Assembly (NCBI GenBank): GCA_019244185.1
Contig: JAFATB010000025.1
Location: forward strand, 192,001 to 256,000
DNA length: 64,000 nt
From: Acidobacteriota bacterium
GTDB lineage: Bacteria; Acidobacteriota; Thermoanaerobaculia; Gp7-AA8
Reading direction: 5' to 3'
A model generated the notes under the pieces. It ran no database searches. It worked only from the letters and a program-made list of their open reading frames with translations, and was not told the DNA's origin. This document shows, piece by piece, positions 18,598-28,184 of this stretch (the first letter of the stretch is position 1; every line of letters begins with the position of its first letter). A program made the translations under genes and the position numbers.

Positions 18598-19071
18598 TCA
18601 CGGGATGAGACCCAGACTCTTCGCCTTCTGCACGGCGTGCATGCGGCGGTTGACGCTCATCTTCTCGAAGAGCCGCGACGAGTGCGTCTTGACGGTGTTC
18701 TCCGAGACGAAGAGCTTCTCGGCGATCTCGCGGTTGCTCAGACCCTCGGCGATGAGGCCGAGGATTTCGTGCTCGCGCTGCGTGATCCCGAGCTCGCGGA
18801 GACGCTCGGCGTTGAGGACGAACGGTTCGCTCAGAGCAGCGGAGACCACCGGCGCCGGCGCCGGCACCTCGACCTCCTTCACCACCACGATCTCCTTCGG
18901 CCGCGTCCAGCGCAGCCCGAAGTAGATGCCGAGGGCCGTGAAGAGGATCGCCACGAGTCCGCCGTACAGCTCGGACGGATACTCGTGGATGAAATGCTTG
19001 TACTCGATGACCTTGAGGAACGCGATCAGCACGCCGCCGACGACGCCATAGAGGAGGACCCGTTTCGCCAC
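18598..19071 (-). CDS. LuxR-family regulator with N-terminal membrane segments
   Basis: ITQREHEILGLIAEGLSNREIAEKLFVSENTVKTH; GTG start 6 nt after TGcGATAAT. Confidence 0.9.
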   Translation of the reverse strand: MAKRVLLYGVVGGVLIAFLKVIEYKHFIHEYPSELYGGLVAILFTALGIYFGLRWTRPKEIVVVKEVEVPAPAPVVSAALSEPFVLNAERLRELGITQREHEILGLIAEGLSNREIAEKLFVSENTVKTHSSRLFEKMSVNRRMHAVQKAKSLGLIP

Positions 19072-19171
19072 GCGGCGATTATCGCAAGGCGCACGCGTCC
19101 GCGCGCGCGTGTTGCATGACATGCTTCTTGCAGCGCCCGCCTCAGCACTTCGGCTCGGGTTGAATGCAGTG

Positions 19172-20098
19172 ATGAACGGATCGCGGGCAGCTCGCCTGCT
19201 TCTCGGCCTCGCAACGAGCGCGCTCGCGTTGCGCTGCAGCGACGAGCGGCAGGCGGTCGCGGCGAATCCGCCGCGCATCGAGCTCCGCGCCACCGTCGCC
19301 AATCCGCAAACCGCCTCCGCCGTCGCGTCGATCGACGGCCGCATCGCGACGCTCGCCGTTGCCGAAGGCGCGCACGTCGAGCAAGGGCAGCTCCTGGCGA
19401 CGCTCGTCAATCCGTCCATCGAACGCGACCTCGCCTACGCGCGCGCGCAGGTCGCCGTCGCCGAACAGCGCCTCCGCGACGCGCGCAAGCCGATCGCCAC
19501 GTCCCTCATCCTCGGCGATGCCGGCGCCCGCGAGCGCGCATCGCAGGAGATCCTCAAGAACCGCGAGGCGCGCCGCGACCGCTACCGCGAGCTCTACGCG
19601 ACGCACGACGTGTCGAAGGAAGAGCTCGAGAACGCGGAGAACGAATACGCCGCCGCGCTCCGCGACTGGCTCGGCGAGCACGAGCGCGCGTCGATGAAGG
19701 TCGTGAGCACCGATACGAGCGTGCTGCAGCTCGAACTGGAGAAGGCGAAGGCGGAAGAGGCGTTCGTCGCCGACCGCAAGACGCTCCTCAACGTGACCGC
19801 GCCCCTCGCCGGCACCGTCACCCGCGTCCCCGTCCACCTCGGCGACAACGTCTTCACCCGCGACGCGATCGCCGACATCGCCAACACCCGCACCGCCGAG
19901 CTCCACGCCCCCATCGCCCCCGAGCTGACGAAGTACGTGCCCCCCGGCACGCTGGTGGAAGTCAAGGTGTTGACCGTCCCCCCTCGCGTGTTTCGCGTGC
20001 CCGTGAAGAGTGCGGCGAATGGAACGCTAGTCGTGGAAGTACCGAACCCCGAAGGGGCGGTGACGGGAGGGATGGGAGCGGTGGTGACGGTCAAATGA
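19172..20098 (+). CDS. HlyD/membrane-fusion periplasmic adaptor
   Basis: N-terminal signal/anchor; lipoyl half motifs GRIATLAVAEGAHVEQGQLL and VTAPLAGTV flanking an alpha-helical hairpin. Confidence 0.85.
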   Translation: MNGSRAARLLLGLATSALALRCSDERQAVAANPPRIELRATVANPQTASAVASIDGRIATLAVAEGAHVEQGQLLATLVNPSIERDLAYARAQVAVAEQRLRDARKPIATSLILGDAGARERASQEILKNREARRDRYRELYATHDVSKEELENAENEYAAALRDWLGEHERASMKVVSTDTSVLQLELEKAKAEEAFVADRKTLLNVTAPLAGTVTRVPVHLGDNVFTRDAIADIANTRTAELHAPIAPELTKYVPPGTLVEVKVLTVPPRVFRVPVKSAANGTLVVEVPNPEGAVTGGMGAVVTVK

Positions 20099-21486
20099 AA
20101 AAGCTGAATGAAGAATGCAGAACGCAGAATGAAGAATTGAGAAAGGGGAGCCCCAAGGCGCGAAGCGTCGTTCCCTTTTCTTCATTCTTCATTCTGCGTT
20201 CTGCATTCTTCATTCAGCTTTGTCTCCTCCCCCTCTCCGCCACAGCCGCTCCCCTCACCTTCCCCGCCGCGCTCGAACGCGCCATGCATCTGCGCGCGTC
20301 TGCTTCCACCTTCGCCGATCATGCGCAGGCGCTCGAGGGGCTGAACTTTCGCACGCTGCCGACGGTTCGCGCGGAGTCGGGGTTCAGCAGCGCGGAGAAT
20401 CTGAACCTCATCGCGCAGAACGTCACGCGCTTCGATGCGTTCACGGCGCTGATCAACGTCGACTATCCGTTGCTCAACGGCGGTGCGGATCGGCGGCATG
20501 TCGACGAGCTGAAAGCGGACGCGCAGATTCTGCGGCGGCGCGCCCTCGATGAGGCCGAGGACGTGTTTCGCGAGACGCTCGAAGCGTTCTCGGAGCTGTA
20601 CATCGCCGAGAAGCGCATGCAGTTGCTCGGAGACGGCTCGAAGCGCGCGGCGGAGCTGCGCGAGCGCGCCCACACGATGCTCGAGGCGGGACAGATCTCG
20701 AATGTCACCGCCGCGCAGTGGCAGGACGCGGCGCTCGCCGCCGAGTCGCAGATGGTCGACCTTCAGCTGCAGCGGCTCGAAGCGGAGACGCGCGTGAAGC
20801 AGCTCATCGGCGACACGGGTCAGGACGCGCTCGAAGTCTCGATCGATCTCGACGACCAGCCGATGCTGCGCGAGATCAAAGTCGACCAGCTCGTCGAGGC
20901 CGACGCCGCGGTCGCGACCGCGGAGCTCGTCGAGAACCGCAAGCGTCTCGCGCTCGAAGAAGCGATGGCGCTGCGCAAGCCGCAGGTGCTCCTCTCCGCG
21001 TTCGGCGGCGTGGCGTCCGTGCCGTCGACGTACAACACCGACGCGTCGAGCGGCACCTTCGGCATCTACGGCATGCGCGTCACGCTCGCCTTGCCGATGT
21101 TCGATGCCGCGGCCGCGCGCCGCGTCGCCGAGGCGCGGCTCGATCTCGAGGAAGCGCAGCGCGTCCGCAACGTCACCGCGGTCGCGACGCGCAACCGCAT
21201 CGACCTGCTCTGGCTCGCGGTCGCCGCGGCGGACCGTCGCATCGCGCTGCTCTCCGAAGCGGTCAACGTCGCACGCGAACGCGAGCAATCCGTCGCGCGG
21301 CTCGTCACCGCCGGCGTGCGTCCGGAAGCCGATCTCGTCGACGCGTCGAACGCGCTGGCGCGGCGCGAGAGCGATCTCCTCGCCGTGCGCGTCGACCGCT
21401 GGAAGCTGCAGCAGCGCGTGAAGTGGGGCGGCGCGGCGGTGTCGCAGGGCAGCTTCCTTGCGAAGACGCCGCCGGGTTTCCCGTGA
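20095..21486 (+). CDS. TolC-family outer membrane efflux protein
   Basis: LTFPAALERA, two repeats ending in VDYPLLNGG and TLALPMFD, coiled coils; ATGA overlap with the adaptor gene. Confidence 0.82.
   Translation: MKKLNEECRTQNEELRKGSPKARSVVPFSSFFILRSAFFIQLCLLPLSATAAPLTFPAALERAMHLRASASTFADHAQALEGLNFRTLPTVRAESGFSSAENLNLIAQNVTRFDAFTALINVDYPLLNGGADRRHVDELKADAQILRRRALDEAEDVFRETLEAFSELYIAEKRMQLLGDGSKRAAELRERAHTMLEAGQISNVTAAQWQDAALAAESQMVDLQLQRLEAETRVKQLIGDTGQDALEVSIDLDDQPMLREIKVDQLVEADAAVATAELVENRKRLALEEAMALRKPQVLLSAFGGVASVPSTYNTDASSGTFGIYGMRVTLALPMFDAAAARRVAEARLDLEEAQRVRNVTAVATRNRIDLLWLAVAAADRRIALLSEAVNVAREREQSVARLVTAGVRPEADLVDASNALARRESDLLAVRVDRWKLQQRVKWGGAAVSQGSFLAKTPPGFP
20100..20221. repeat. 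Heptamer-armed hairpin element, copy 2 (inside the TolC 5' coding region)
   Basis: AAAGCT-GAATGAA GAATGCA GAACGCA GAATGAA...TTCATTC TGCGTTC TGCATTC TTCATTC-AGCTTT. Confidence 0.9.
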
Positions 21487-22961
21487 TGCTCTCGGTGCTC
21501 ATGACCACCGAGGGGACGTACCCGTACAGCGCGGGCGGCGTCAGTACGTGGTGCGATGCGCTGCTGCGCAACACGCCGGAAGTGCGCTGGACGCTGCTGC
21601 CGCTGATGATGAACCCGCACATCGAGCAGACGTTCGAGCCGCCGCACAACGTGCGCAAGGTGCTCGATGTGCCGCTGTGGGGCATCGAAGAGCCGGCGGA
21701 GTTCAGCGACATCCCGTTCGCGCAGCTCTACGACCGCAAGCGCCGCACGACGACGGACGCGATCACGCGCGAGTTCCTGCCACCCTTTCGCGAGTTGCTT
21801 CGCGTCATCTGCGGACATCCCGGCGATGCGCCGGCGTTCGGCCGCGTGCTCGTCGCGCTCGAAGACTACTTCCGCGTCTACGACTACAACGAGACCTTCA
21901 AATCGCGGCCGGTGTGGGACGCGTTCCGCGAATCGGTCGAGCGCTTCAGCCGCGAGCAGATCGTGCGCGAGGCGCGGCCCGGTCCCGAGCATCAGCTGCC
22001 GTCGCTCTTCGATCTCACCGAGTCGCTGCGCTGGCTCTATCACTTCCTCATCGTGCTCAACGTGCGCGTGCCGAAGACGAGCGTCACGCATGCGACCGCC
22101 GCCGCGTTCTGCGGCATCCCGTGCATCACCGCGAAAGTGCGCCACGGCACGCCGATGCTGCTCACTGAGCACGGCGTCTACCTGCGCGAGCAGTACCTCT
22201 TCCTCTCGCGCTTCCGCCGCCTCTTCTTCTGCAAGCAGTTCCTGCTGAACCTCATCACCGCGGTCGTGCGCGCGAACTATCACTTCGCCGATCTCGTCGC
22301 GCCGGTCTGCCACTACAACACGCGCTGGGAAGTCGCGCACGAGACGCCGCCGCAGAAGATCCGCGTGATCTACAACGGCGTCGATCCCGATCGCTTCACG
22401 CCCGCGCCGAAAACGCACGGCGAGCCGCACGTCGTCGCCACGGCGCGCATCGATCCGCTGAAAGACATCGAGACGCTGCTGCGCGTCGCCGCGCGGCTGA
22501 AGACGACGCATCCGCGCGCGCGCTTCACGGTCTACGGCGCCGTCGCGGACGAGGCGTACTTCCGCCGCTGCGTCGCCCTGCAGAAGCACCTCGGCGTCAC
22601 CGACAGCGTGCACTTCGGCTCGGCCACCGACGACGTCGTGGCCGCGTATCGCGATGCCGACGTCGTACTGCTGACGAGCATCTCCGAGGCGTTCCCGTAC
22701 TCCGTGATTGAAGCGATGTCGTGCGAGAAGGCGGTGGTGGCGAGCGACGTCGGCGGCGTCGGCGAAGCGCTCGAAGGCTGCGGCGTGCTCGTGAAGCCGC
22801 GCGACGACGAGACGTTCGCCGCCGAAGTCGGCAAGCTTCTCGACGATCCTTCGCTCCGCACGCGCCTCGGCGCGAAGGCACGCGCGCGCGTGCTCGACGA
22901 GTTCCGCCTCGACCACACCATCGGGCGTTATCTCGAAACGTACCGGAGCCTCGCGGCATGA
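21486..22961 (+). CDS. pelF: GT4 glycosyltransferase PelF (DUF3492 + GT-B)
   Basis: TEGTYPYSAGGVSTW, LLTEHGVYLRE, IYNGVD, RIDPLKDIETL, SISEAFPYSVIEAM. Confidence 0.88.
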   Translation: MLSVLMTTEGTYPYSAGGVSTWCDALLRNTPEVRWTLLPLMMNPHIEQTFEPPHNVRKVLDVPLWGIEEPAEFSDIPFAQLYDRKRRTTTDAITREFLPPFRELLRVICGHPGDAPAFGRVLVALEDYFRVYDYNETFKSRPVWDAFRESVERFSREQIVREARPGPEHQLPSLFDLTESLRWLYHFLIVLNVRVPKTSVTHATAAAFCGIPCITAKVRHGTPMLLTEHGVYLREQYLFLSRFRRLFFCKQFLLNLITAVVRANYHFADLVAPVCHYNTRWEVAHETPPQKIRVIYNGVDPDRFTPAPKTHGEPHVVATARIDPLKDIETLLRVAARLKTTHPRARFTVYGAVADEAYFRRCVALQKHLGVTDSVHFGSATDDVVAAYRDADVVLLTSISEAFPYSVIEAMSCEKAVVASDVGGVGEALEGCGVLVKPRDDETFAAEVGKLLDDPSLRTRLGAKARARVLDEFRLDHTIGRYLETYRSLAA

Positions 22962-24556
22962 GCGCGCATCCGCACGCATCCGCGGATGCCGTGCACGAGC
23001 TCGGGCAGCAGATCCTCGACCTCATCGGCATTCCGAAGGACGCGTGGGAGATCGCCGCGCAGCTCGAAGTCCTCGGCCTCCGCGACGCCGACGCGCGCGG
23101 CGACTACGGCGCGCGCGATCTGTTCGATTTGGCGCGGCGCATTTACGACGCCTTTCAGGAAGGCCGCTTCCGCTGGTTTGTGGAAGGAAGCGATGCCGGA
23201 GACACGGCCTCGCCGGTCGCGCGCTTCGTCCGGAATTACGTCACCGGCCTCACCTTCTCGCTGCCGATGGCGCTGCAGGCCGTGGCCATGCTCGCGTGGG
23301 GTTACGGCGTCTGGGGCGCGATCGACATGGACCTGCGCACCGGCTCGGCCATCGCGCTGGGATTCATCGCCAGCTACATCGTCACCGGCGGCTTCATGCA
23401 GAGCATCGTGCGCCGCGGACTGTTCTACGTCTATCAACAGGAAGAATGGCTCGCGCGCTGGACGGCGCTGCGCGCGTGGTCGATCGCGCTGCGCATCGTG
23501 CTCGGCCTGCTCGTGCCGGCGCTGCTGATCAACTTCCTCTTCGACATGCTGCCGTGGTCGATCGTGTTCACCGCGGCCGGCTACTACACCGCGCTGTCGG
23601 TGCTGTGGCTCAACTGGGCGCTGTTGTATCTCGTGCGGAAGACGTGGCTCTTCCTCGTCACGACCGCGATCGCGCTCGCGGCGGTGCTGGTCGCGGCGAA
23701 GCTGTTTCACGCGACGCCGATCGCCGCGAATGTGGTCGGTCTCACGGTGGCCGACGCGCTCAGCTTCGCGCTCGCGCTGCTCCATCTCAACCGCCTCGCG
23801 AATCGCAGCACGCGCACGAGCGCCGTCAATCCGCCGCGCCTGGCGGTGCTCGTCTACAGCACCTCGCGCTTCTTCATCTACGGCATGCTGTACAACACGT
23901 TCCTCTTCGCCGACCGGATCCTGGCGTGGACGTCGTCGACGGGACGCGAGGACTTTCCGCCGTACGGCTTCTGGCTCAACGTGCGGTACGAGCTCGGGAT
24001 GGACCTCGCGCTGATCGTGGTCATGCTGCTGAGCGGCGTCGTCGAGCACGCGGCGCAGCGCTTCTCCGAGTCGCTGATCCCCGACGAGAAACGCGTGAAG
24101 AGCCTCGACGCGCAGCGCTTCCTCGACGCCGCGCGCGCGACGCACGGCGCGCGGCAGCGCAGGCTCGGCGCGGCGTCCGCCGTCGCGCTGTTCGCCGCGG
24201 CGCTCGTGGCCATCGCGCTGCGCGGCTTGCCGTCGCTGCCGATCTACGACGCGCTGATCGCCACGACGACGACGCGCGTCTTCGTCGCCGCCGCGCTCGC
24301 GTACGTCGTGTTCCTCTTCGCGCTGCAGAACGTGCTCATGCTGCTGACGCTCTCGCGCGTCGAGCTGGTCGTGCGCGCGGTCGGCATCGCGCTCGTCGTG
24401 AACGTCACCGTCGGCTTCATCTGCAGCCGCGCCATCCACTACTCCGCCGCCGTCGCCGGACTCTGCGCCGGCGCGGTCGTCCTCGCCGTGCTCACCGAAC
24501 GCTCGATGCGCGCCGTCCTCGGCGCGCTCGACTATCACTACTACGCGGCCTACTGA
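22958..24556 (+). CDS. PelG-like polysaccharide exporter/membrane protein
   Basis: About 12 TM segments, ATGA-coupled to pelF; IVTGGFMQSIVRR and LFADRILAW resemble PelG-type motifs. Confidence 0.65.
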   Translation: MSAHPHASADAVHELGQQILDLIGIPKDAWEIAAQLEVLGLRDADARGDYGARDLFDLARRIYDAFQEGRFRWFVEGSDAGDTASPVARFVRNYVTGLTFSLPMALQAVAMLAWGYGVWGAIDMDLRTGSAIALGFIASYIVTGGFMQSIVRRGLFYVYQQEEWLARWTALRAWSIALRIVLGLLVPALLINFLFDMLPWSIVFTAAGYYTALSVLWLNWALLYLVRKTWLFLVTTAIALAAVLVAAKLFHATPIAANVVGLTVADALSFALALLHLNRLANRSTRTSAVNPPRLAVLVYSTSRFFIYGMLYNTFLFADRILAWTSSTGREDFPPYGFWLNVRYELGMDLALIVVMLLSGVVEHAAQRFSESLIPDEKRVKSLDAQRFLDAARATHGARQRRLGAASAVALFAAALVAIALRGLPSLPIYDALIATTTTRVFVAAALAYVVFLFALQNVLMLLTLSRVELVVRAVGIALVVNVTVGFICSRAIHYSAAVAGLCAGAVVLAVLTERSMRAVLGALDYHYYAAY

Positions 24557-24558
24557 CG

Positions 24559-26622
24559 ATGTACGTTCTGCTCGGCATCGACGCGGTTTTGCGCATCACG
24601 GCGGCGCTGCTGTTCCTCTTCGTCGCCGTGCCGCGCCTCGCGCGTCCGCGCCCCGCCGCGCTCGACGGCATGCAGTGGTTCTGGTGGTGTCTCGGCGCCG
24701 GCATCACGCTCATCACGCTCGCCGGGCAGCTCTTCACGCTCGTCAACATCTTCTCCGCCGTCACGCTGCTCGTCGCGATCGCGGTGCTGATCATCGCCAT
24801 CCGCGCGCATCGCGGCGGCCGCACGGCGGTCGCGATCGTGCACGATCTCTATCGCGACGTCGTGCTGTTCTCGCTGAACGTCCTCGAAGGCCGCGTGAAC
24901 GTGCGCCGCCGCCTGCGCCGCGCGCGCCGCCGCGCCCGCGCGGCCCTCGGCGAGAACGTCGCCGGCCGGCGCTGGAGCGTCGCCGGCTGGAGCGCGCTCG
25001 TCGTCGTCGCCGCCGCGTTCCGCTTCTCACGTCCCTTCGCCACGCCGAACCTCGGCTTCTCCGACACCTACGTGCACCTCTACCTCGTGCGCCTGCTGCA
25101 GGAAGGACGTCAGGTCGACCCCGCGTGGGGGCCGTATCCGCGCGGCATGCACTTCCTGCTGCTCGCGATTCACGAGCTGACGAACATCGATCCGATCCTG
25201 CTGATGAACTTCTTCGGCGCCGCGGTCGGCGTGCTGATGACGCTCGCCGTCGCCGACGCCGCGCGGCGGCTCGCGCGCAATCTGCCCGCAGGTCTCGTCG
25301 CGGGCCTGCTCTTCGCGACCATGATCGGCGGCGGCCGGCAGTACTTCCTCTTCGGCGGCAGCATCGCCACGGACAACGTGGCTGAGGCGCAGCAGTTCAT
25401 CGGGATGAGCTACGGCCAGATTCCGGCGACGACGGCGGAGTTCGACGTGCTGCTGACCGTCTTCCAGCGCCAGACGGCGACGCTGCCGCAGGAGCTCGCG
25501 CTGGTGCTGCTGTTTCCCGCCGCGCTCTTTCTCTTCGCGTGGCTGACGTCGCGCTCGCGCTGGCATCTGTCGGGTTACGTCCTGTGCACGTCGGCGATCG
25601 CGGCGACGCATCCCGGCGTCGCCATTCCGCTCGTGCTGCTGTGCGGCGTGACCGTGCTCGCCGCGCGCGCGCCGTGGCGCGACATCGCGCGCGCCGCCGG
25701 CGCCGGCGCGGCCGGCATCGCCCTCGGGTCGACGTGGATGTTCGCGTTCCTCTTCTATCACCGCGTGCATGACCCCACGCAGCCGGTCGCGAGCGGCAGC
25801 GGCGTCGGCTCGACGGCGATGTACTACTTCCCGTTTCTGCGCGACGCCGAGAACGCGCGCATCGTCACGTGGGTCGCGATCACGCCGTTCCTCATCGCCT
25901 GCGCCGCGATCGCGGTCGTGCTGCTCGCGCGCGCCGCATTCGTGAAAGAGCATCGCGCGCCGCTCGTCTGGATTTCGGTCGCGTCGCTCGTCTTCACGCT
26001 GACCGAGCTCGCCTCGCGCTGGGGACTTCCCGAGCTCGTCGAGGTGCGGCGCAACGCGTCGTGGCTGGCGATGACGCTGGCGATTCTCATCGGCGTCGCG
26101 ATCGCGGAGCTCGCGCGCACGCGCGTCGCTGAAATCGCGGTGGTCGCGCTTCTCGTCGCGTGGCTATGGCGCGTGCCGTTGTCGGGCATCAACGATCGCC
26201 TGATCAACTACTCCGGCTACGGCGCGACGGCGTACGCGGTGTTGTCGATCGAGCGCTCGCTCGAGCCGTTCACGTGGACGCTCATCACGTACGGCCAGGA
26301 GTTCCCGATGGTCCTCGGCCGCGGCTTCCATCTCGCGGCCGCCGATTTTCTCGAGCAGTACGATCCCGAGCAGCAGCGCCTGCCGATCCCGACGCGCTAC
26401 GTCTTCATCGCCGTCGAGAAAGTGCCGCACCGCTTTCAGATCAACGCGTGGGCGGCGAAGTTCTCGCGCGCGGACATCGAGCAGCGGCTGCAGACGTGGT
26501 GCTTTCTCTACCAGCTCACGCACCGCGACATGCGCGTCTTCCTCGACGACGAGCACGTACGCGTCTACATGATCGAACGCAGTGCGGCGGATGTGCGCGC
26601 AATCGCGGAGAATGCGCGCTGA
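24559..26622 (+). CDS. Large polytopic membrane protein (GT-C-like candidate)
   Basis: 687 aa with many TM helices; SDTYVH...YPRGMH loop after early TMs; soluble C-terminal domain. Confidence 0.75.
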   Translation: MYVLLGIDAVLRITAALLFLFVAVPRLARPRPAALDGMQWFWWCLGAGITLITLAGQLFTLVNIFSAVTLLVAIAVLIIAIRAHRGGRTAVAIVHDLYRDVVLFSLNVLEGRVNVRRRLRRARRRARAALGENVAGRRWSVAGWSALVVVAAAFRFSRPFATPNLGFSDTYVHLYLVRLLQEGRQVDPAWGPYPRGMHFLLLAIHELTNIDPILLMNFFGAAVGVLMTLAVADAARRLARNLPAGLVAGLLFATMIGGGRQYFLFGGSIATDNVAEAQQFIGMSYGQIPATTAEFDVLLTVFQRQTATLPQELALVLLFPAALFLFAWLTSRSRWHLSGYVLCTSAIAATHPGVAIPLVLLCGVTVLAARAPWRDIARAAGAGAAGIALGSTWMFAFLFYHRVHDPTQPVASGSGVGSTAMYYFPFLRDAENARIVTWVAITPFLIACAAIAVVLLARAAFVKEHRAPLVWISVASLVFTLTELASRWGLPELVEVRRNASWLAMTLAILIGVAIAELARTRVAEIAVVALLVAWLWRVPLSGINDRLINYSGYGATAYAVLSIERSLEPFTWTLITYGQEFPMVLGRGFHLAAADFLEQYDPEQQRLPIPTRYVFIAVEKVPHRFQINAWAAKFSRADIEQRLQTWCFLYQLTHRDMRVFLDDEHVRVYMIERSAADVRAIAENAR

Positions 26623-27626
26623 TGGCATCGCGGCTGACGCTCAAGAGACATCCCGGCGCGCACGTGGTGGCGGTCGTGCCGGCGTACAACGTGGCCGAGG
26701 TACTGGGCGGCGTGTTGCGCGCGATCCCGCCGCTGTTCACGTCGATCATCGTCGTCGACGACGCCTCGCGCGACGACACGGCCGCGGTCGCGGAACGCTA
26801 CGCGCAACTCGACCCGCGCATCCTCGTCGTGCGGCACGAGACGAACCGCGGCGTCGGCGGCGCGATGATCACCGGCTTCGTGAAGGCGCTCGAATGGGGT
26901 GCGGATGTCGTGGTGAAGGTCGACGGCGACGGCCAGATGCCGCTGTGGATCGTCACCGATCTGATCGAGCCGCTCATCGACGGCAGCGCCGACTACACGA
27001 AAGGCAACCGCTTCCGCGATTTCGAAGCCATCCGCGCGATGCCGTTCGTGCGCCGCATCGGCAACGTCGCGCTGAGCTTCCTCGCGAAAGCCGCGACCGG
27101 CTACTGGCACTGCTTCGATCCGACCAACGGCTTCGTCGCGATCCGCGCGGACGTGCTCTCGCAACTCCCCCTGCGCAAGATCGACCCGACGTACTTTTTC
27201 GAGACGTCGATGCTCAGCCACCTCTACATCCTCGGCGCCGTCGTGAAGGAAGTGCCGATGCCCGCGCGCTACGCCGGCGAGCCGTCGAGCCTTTCCATCC
27301 CGCGCGTCATCCGCCAGTTCCCCGGACGCCTGCTCGCGTCGCTCGCGCGCCGCATCGTCCTCAAGAACTTCGTCTACGACTTCAACCTCGAATCGTTCCA
27401 GCTCCTCGCCGGCCTCCCCCTCCTCCTCGCCGGCCTCGTCTACGGCGGCTACAACTGGTGGTGGTACACGTCCCACAAGCTCGCCGCCCCCACGGGAACC
27501 GTCGTCCTCCCCGCCCTGGCCATCATGCTCGGCATGCAACTCCTCATCGCGGCCGTGAATCTGGATCTGCAGTCGATTCCGCGCGAGCCGCTGAATCACG
27601 GCGCGATCGGGGAGGGGGGCGGATGA
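26622..27626 (+). CDS. GT2 glycosyltransferase (polyprenol-phosphate sugar synthase-like, C-terminal TMs)
   Basis: VVPAYN, VVDDASRD, NRGVGGA, KVDGDGQ, DPTNGF; TGATG coupling. Confidence 0.92.
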   Translation: MASRLTLKRHPGAHVVAVVPAYNVAEVLGGVLRAIPPLFTSIIVVDDASRDDTAAVAERYAQLDPRILVVRHETNRGVGGAMITGFVKALEWGADVVVKVDGDGQMPLWIVTDLIEPLIDGSADYTKGNRFRDFEAIRAMPFVRRIGNVALSFLAKAATGYWHCFDPTNGFVAIRADVLSQLPLRKIDPTYFFETSMLSHLYILGAVVKEVPMPARYAGEPSSLSIPRVIRQFPGRLLASLARRIVLKNFVYDFNLESFQLLAGLPLLLAGLVYGGYNWWWYTSHKLAAPTGTVVLPALAIMLGMQLLIAAVNLDLQSIPREPLNHGAIGEGGG

Positions 27627-27657
27627 TGGGCGGAAGTTTCATGCGCTGTTTCGTCCT

Positions 27658-28098
27658 TCAGAAGAGTTCCTCGGCCAACGCGACAATGATTCCCGCGGGC
27701 CCTCGCATGTAGCAGAGTCGGTACTTGTCCTCGTACTGAACCACCTCGCCGACGAGTTCGGCGCCGTGGCTGCGCAGGCGAGCGACCGTGTCGTCGACAC
27801 TGTCCACTGCGAACATGACGCTCCGAAGGCCCGGCGCGTTCGGCGGTGCGATCGCCGGTTCGATCCGGATCAGCGGTGGATTGTGAAACTTCGTCAGCTC
27901 GAGGCGGCCATGTCCATCCGGCGTACGCATCATGACGATGTCGACCCGAATGTTTTCGAGCGCGTTGACGCGGTCCACCCACGCACCTTCGATCGGCATT
28001 TCGCCTTCGAGCGTCATGCCGAGCGCCTTGAAAAACGCGATCGCTGCCGTGAGATCGTCGACGACGACGCTGATGTGATCCAGTCTTTTGATCGTCAT
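27658..28098 (-). CDS. VOC/glyoxalase family protein
   Basis: RLDHISVVVDDL, RLELTKF, YMRGPAGIIVALAE. Confidence 0.9.
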   Translation of the reverse strand: MTIKRLDHISVVVDDLTAAIAFFKALGMTLEGEMPIEGAWVDRVNALENIRVDIVMMRTPDGHGRLELTKFHNPPLIRIEPAIAPPNAPGLRSVMFAVDSVDDTVARLRSHGAELVGEVVQYEDKYRLCYMRGPAGIIVALAEELF

Positions 28099-28156
28099 CT
28101 TCCTTGTATAGCAGAGGCCGTGCGGACGCGTGGAGATAGCGTCGCACCGCGGTCGC

Positions 28157-28172
28157 TGGCCACGCTCGTGCA
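28157..28172 (+). promoter_or_regulatory. Putative sigma54 -24/-12 promoter
   Basis: TGGCCACGCTCGTGCA (GG-N10-GC), 12 nt before the ATG at 28185. Confidence 0.45.
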
Positions 28173-28184
28173 CTGAGCGAACGC

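Noticed and set aside
20102-20219. AGCT as a general target-site duplication of the element
   Set aside because: It is present on both sides only in copy 2, and AGCT is palindromic so it may be part of the stem; other copies have different flanks.
23044-24558. N-terminal half of the 1192-aa ORF
   Set aside because: Arg/Ala-rich off-frame read of the pelG-like gene; the real start is ATG 24559.
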